From the IMG/VR virus record IMGVR_UViG_3300045988_175750: a DNA stretch of 35,409 nt; one strand, 5' to 3'. The notes beneath the pieces are model-generated. The model was not told the origin of the DNA, did no database searches, and saw only the letters and a program-made list of their open reading frames with translations. Numbering within the stretch: position 1 is the first letter of the stretch; each line of letters opens with the position of its first letter. The position numbers were made by a program, and so were the translations under genes. Shown piece by piece: positions 32,910 to 35,409 of this stretch. This DNA is from a virus.

Positions 32910-35195
32910 TTACCCCTCGTAGGCTGTCCCTGGGAGTTGCGTAGGCCAAGGGTCGGTTGTTGTCCACACGAGCGAACCCATCATAGCCCGGCTAGTGTTA
33001 CGCTCCACTCGCATAACCAGGTTGTTATACCAAGAGAAAAAACCGAGCGTGCCCACTTGGAAAGGTTGCCCGTTCCCGATATTCGACGTGACAATAGCCG
33101 ACACTGCGAAACGGTTATCATGCGTATACCGAGGGCCGCCGCTTCGGTCGGGGTAATTCGGTAGCGCCCCGAGCGCCGGTAAGAATCCCTTAGGTAGTGT
33201 CTTACTTTCTAAAACAACGTTCTGCTTTGTGAATTGCGGTGCTGCTGAACCGTGCCTGCGCTCCGGGTTGGTGGTTACCATCCAGACCTGCACCGTGCTT
33301 CCCACGCGGCGTATGAGCACATCGCATAGGCCGCCGCTTTCACTGATGGTCTCCAACAAGCGGATCCCTGTGTCTTGAAGAACGGCCGCACCACCGCCAC
33401 CGCCGCCTTGCGGGCGGGCTTCCAGAGCCTCTACCCGGCGGGCAAGCGCATCAGCCCTAGAGATGAGAGACGATAGGTCGGTTTCTGGGATGGTGACGGA
33501 GCCGCCATCTGGGGTTAGCTTGAGAGTTTTCCCCTCTAGTTCCAGCCGTTGCGGGGCCGCGGCCTGTGGCATGGGTGCTGCGGCTGCGGGGGCGCCAACG
33601 ACGTAGCCTATCATTTTCTGTTCTGTGCGCACGAACCAGGCCATCGCTGGGTATTCGGCTGGCGCTGCGCCTTTAGCCCATTCAATGTTTTCTGGGTGTT
33701 TCGCTGGTGCGCCTTCGAAGTAGACGGCCTGCACCTGTAGCCCCGTGTCTAGGGTGTACTCTGCCCCTGCCTTGGGGGTCTGTACGGGGTTATCACGGCG
33801 GAGGGTTGAGCGGTAGATGTTGTTCACATCTATAACGCAGCCTTCGCGCATGTCTTTCCCGATCCTGACGGCGCGGGGCTCCCCGGCTTGGTTTTTGGGG
33901 TGTTCCCGCGCCTGGGCCTGTTCGATACGCAGGTTAGAGAACCAGCTCTCGATGAAGAAGCCCCAGCGGGCGGATGAGGTTTTAGCGCGGGGGGATTCTG
34001 CGGTGCACCCGATCATGAGTGAGTTAGATGCGCCGTTGCAAACATAGAAGTCTGCTGCTTCGTAGGTTCGGGCCGCGCCGCCGAGCGTGTCCGTGTACGA
34101 GGAAGACTCGGCGGAGCATTCAGAGAAGGTGTTTTTGCCCCACTGGATAACCCAGCCATGCCCCCCGTTGTCTTGCGCTTCGCAGCCGATGAACTTGTTC
34201 TTGGTCCCTTTGATGAACCACCCGGCGCCTGCAAATAGCTTGTCCCGGTTCTTCGGGTTTTCCCACGCCTCTTCCCCGCTGATTTCTTCATACGCCCCAG
34301 CGAGCGCGCCTTCTTGGGTTAGCTCTGGGGTGGTGGGGCGGCCGTAGATGTCTTGCCAGGGGAGGGTACGGCGGGAGTACCAGACTTTACAGGTATCAAA
34401 CGTTACCTGGGATGTGTAGATTTCTACGCCTGCGTGGAGGCCTCCGGTTTCTTTGTTGGCGCCGCCGACGTTGAGGGCGATAAATTTGTTGTCTGCGCCG
34501 CCTGCGCCGCCGGGGGCTCCGGCTTTCAATTCGGGGTGTTCGGGGTGTTTGCCGATTTGGATTCCGGCTTTTAGGGTTTGTCGTATTTTGAGGTTTACGG
34601 AGACCATTTCTTGATCGTCGCGGCCGAGGATGGCTGCGCCCATATCCATATCCCAGATTTCGACGTTTGAGAGTGTGGGGCGGGCGTCTGGTTCGACGGA
34701 GCCGGTGCCGAGGTCGGTGTTCCAGATGATGCCGCAGACGTTGGGGATTGGTTCTTCGTGCTGGGCGAGTGAGCCGTTGCGGGCTAGGATCATGAGGTTT
34801 TCCACGCCGAACCGCACGAGGGCGGGGTCTTGTTCTCGGGTGTTGTATGTTCCGGTGTGGAAGACTCCGGTCATTTCGGGGACTTGGGTGTCTGCGGTGG
34901 CGAATACGCGGGTGCCTTCTCCGGCGCCGTGTACTCGTACTTTCCCTTTCATTTTCAGGAATGGGTAGGAAACTTTATAGGTTCCGCTGGGGAGGAAGAC
35001 GCTGCCGCCGCCGAGTTCGTGGGCTTTGTCGATTGCTTTTTGGATGGCGTCGGTTGAGTCTTTTAGCCCGTAGGGGTCTGCGCCGAAGTCGGGGGATGCG
35101 GCGTTGAGGGATGCGCCGGTGTAGACGGCTTGGGCTGCTTCTAGCCCGGCGCCAGTGAACCGCCCGTTTAAGAGGGTGGGAACGATTGTTGCCAT
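32910..35195 (-). CDS. Tailspike / receptor-binding depolymerase with pectate-lyase-superfamily beta-helix
   Basis: This 761-aa ORF has the N-terminal hallmark DSTDAIQKAIDKAHELGGGSVFLPSGTYKVS. A coiled-coil segment (ADALARRVEALEARPQ), a GGGGGG linker and a C-terminal domain of about 170 aa follow. Confidence 0.8.
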   Translation of the reverse strand: MATIVPTLLNGRFTGAGLEAAQAVYTGASLNAASPDFGADPYGLKDSTDAIQKAIDKAHELGGGSVFLPSGTYKVSYPFLKMKGKVRVHGAGEGTRVFATADTQVPEMTGVFHTGTYNTREQDPALVRFGVENLMILARNGSLAQHEEPIPNVCGIIWNTDLGTGSVEPDARPTLSNVEIWDMDMGAAILGRDDQEMVSVNLKIRQTLKAGIQIGKHPEHPELKAGAPGGAGGADNKFIALNVGGANKETGGLHAGVEIYTSQVTFDTCKVWYSRRTLPWQDIYGRPTTPELTQEGALAGAYEEISGEEAWENPKNRDKLFAGAGWFIKGTKNKFIGCEAQDNGGHGWVIQWGKNTFSECSAESSSYTDTLGGAARTYEAADFYVCNGASNSLMIGCTAESPRAKTSSARWGFFIESWFSNLRIEQAQAREHPKNQAGEPRAVRIGKDMREGCVIDVNNIYRSTLRRDNPVQTPKAGAEYTLDTGLQVQAVYFEGAPAKHPENIEWAKGAAPAEYPAMAWFVRTEQKMIGYVVGAPAAAAPMPQAAAPQRLELEGKTLKLTPDGGSVTIPETDLSSLISRADALARRVEALEARPQGGGGGGAAVLQDTGIRLLETISESGGLCDVLIRRVGSTVQVWMVTTNPERRHGSAAPQFTKQNVVLESKTLPKGFLPALGALPNYPDRSGGPRYTHDNRFAVSAIVTSNIGNGQPFQVGTLGFFSWYNNLVMRVERNTSRAMMGSLVWTTTDPWPTQLPGTAYEG

Positions 35196-35204
35196 GCTTT
35201 GCTC

Positions 35205-35409
35205 CTAGCTGTTGAGGGTTACAGTCCCGTTGCCGTTGTCTGTCCAAGAGGCGCCGCCGGGGGTGGGGGCTGCGGCTTTGGCTGCTTCGGTGGCTTCCTG
35301 GATAATCTGCGGTTTCGCGGCCGCAACAGCCTCCGACGCGGCCGTCTTCGCCGATTCGGTGGCTTCCTGGATAATCTGCGGTTTCGCGGCCGCAACAGCC
35401 TCCGACGCG
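35205..35409 (-). CDS. Ala-rich repeat protein, C-terminal part (continuation of 1..219 across the junction)
   Basis: Translation: ...ASEAVAAAKPQIIQEATESAKTAASEAVAAAKPQIIQEATEAAKAAAPTPGGASWTDNGNGTVTLNS, stop at 35205..35207. The frame matches 1..219 when the 31-nt overlap is merged. Confidence 0.6.
   Translation of the reverse strand, partial: ASEAVAAAKPQIIQEATESAKTAASEAVAAAKPQIIQEATEAAKAAAPTPGGASWTDNGNGTVTLNS
35292..35409 (-). repeat. 69-bp (23-codon) in-frame tandem repeat that continues into nt 1..55
   Basis: The unit ggcttcctggataatctgcggtttcgcggccgcaacagcctccgacgcggccgtcttcgccgattcggt starts at 35292 and 35361. Nt 1..55 match 35310..35364. Confidence 0.9.

Larger units (their letters stand above)
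1..35409. mobile_element. Complete temperate siphovirus-type phage/prophage genome, apparently circularly closed contig
   Basis: A full set of packaging, head, tail, lysis, lysogeny and early modules is present with no host-like genes. Nt 1-31 equal nt 35379-35409, and a minus-strand ORF stays in frame across that junction. Confidence 0.85.

Overview
The window reads as one complete ~35.4-kb temperate siphovirus-type phage or prophage genome from a high-GC Gram-positive (actinobacterial-type) host. It appears circularly closed: nt 1-31 are identical to nt 35379-35409, and one minus-strand gene reads in frame across that junction. Nearly all genes are on the minus strand in canonical order, read from high to low coordinates. 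The cro-like switch (27.5 kb) is followed by small early genes, a clamp-like protein, an HNH-motif putative initiator and a tandem-repeat, origin-like region. Next come VRR-NUC, HNH, a cos-like gap, TerS, TerL, portal, a MuF-like protein fused to a nuclease-toxin domain, and a small acidic protein. These are followed by scaffold, HK97-type capsid, four head-tail connectors, major tail, the G/GT chaperone (-1 frameshift at CCCAAAC), a 1176-aa tape measure and six tail-tip genes. After the wrap-around come an Ala-rich repeat protein, a pectate-lyase-type tailspike, a membrane protein, an Amidase_5/SH3_5 endolysin and a holin. The plus strand carries only the lysogeny block: a cI-like repressor, a tyrosine integrase, and a three-ORF cargo operon (29403-31139) with no function I can recognise. 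That operon is my best candidate for an undescribed prophage-encoded defence or exclusion system. It also contains an abrupt codon-usage switch inside its first ORF. Other points worth a second look are the MuF-toxin plus candidate immunity pair, three perfect tandem-repeat arrays (91 bp, 11 bp, 111 bp) at 19.8-20.9 kb, motif-flanked HNH/cos-like gaps, and a conserved hairpin element at distant loci. All calls come from reading the ORF translations, motifs recognised from memory, and synteny. No database search was run.
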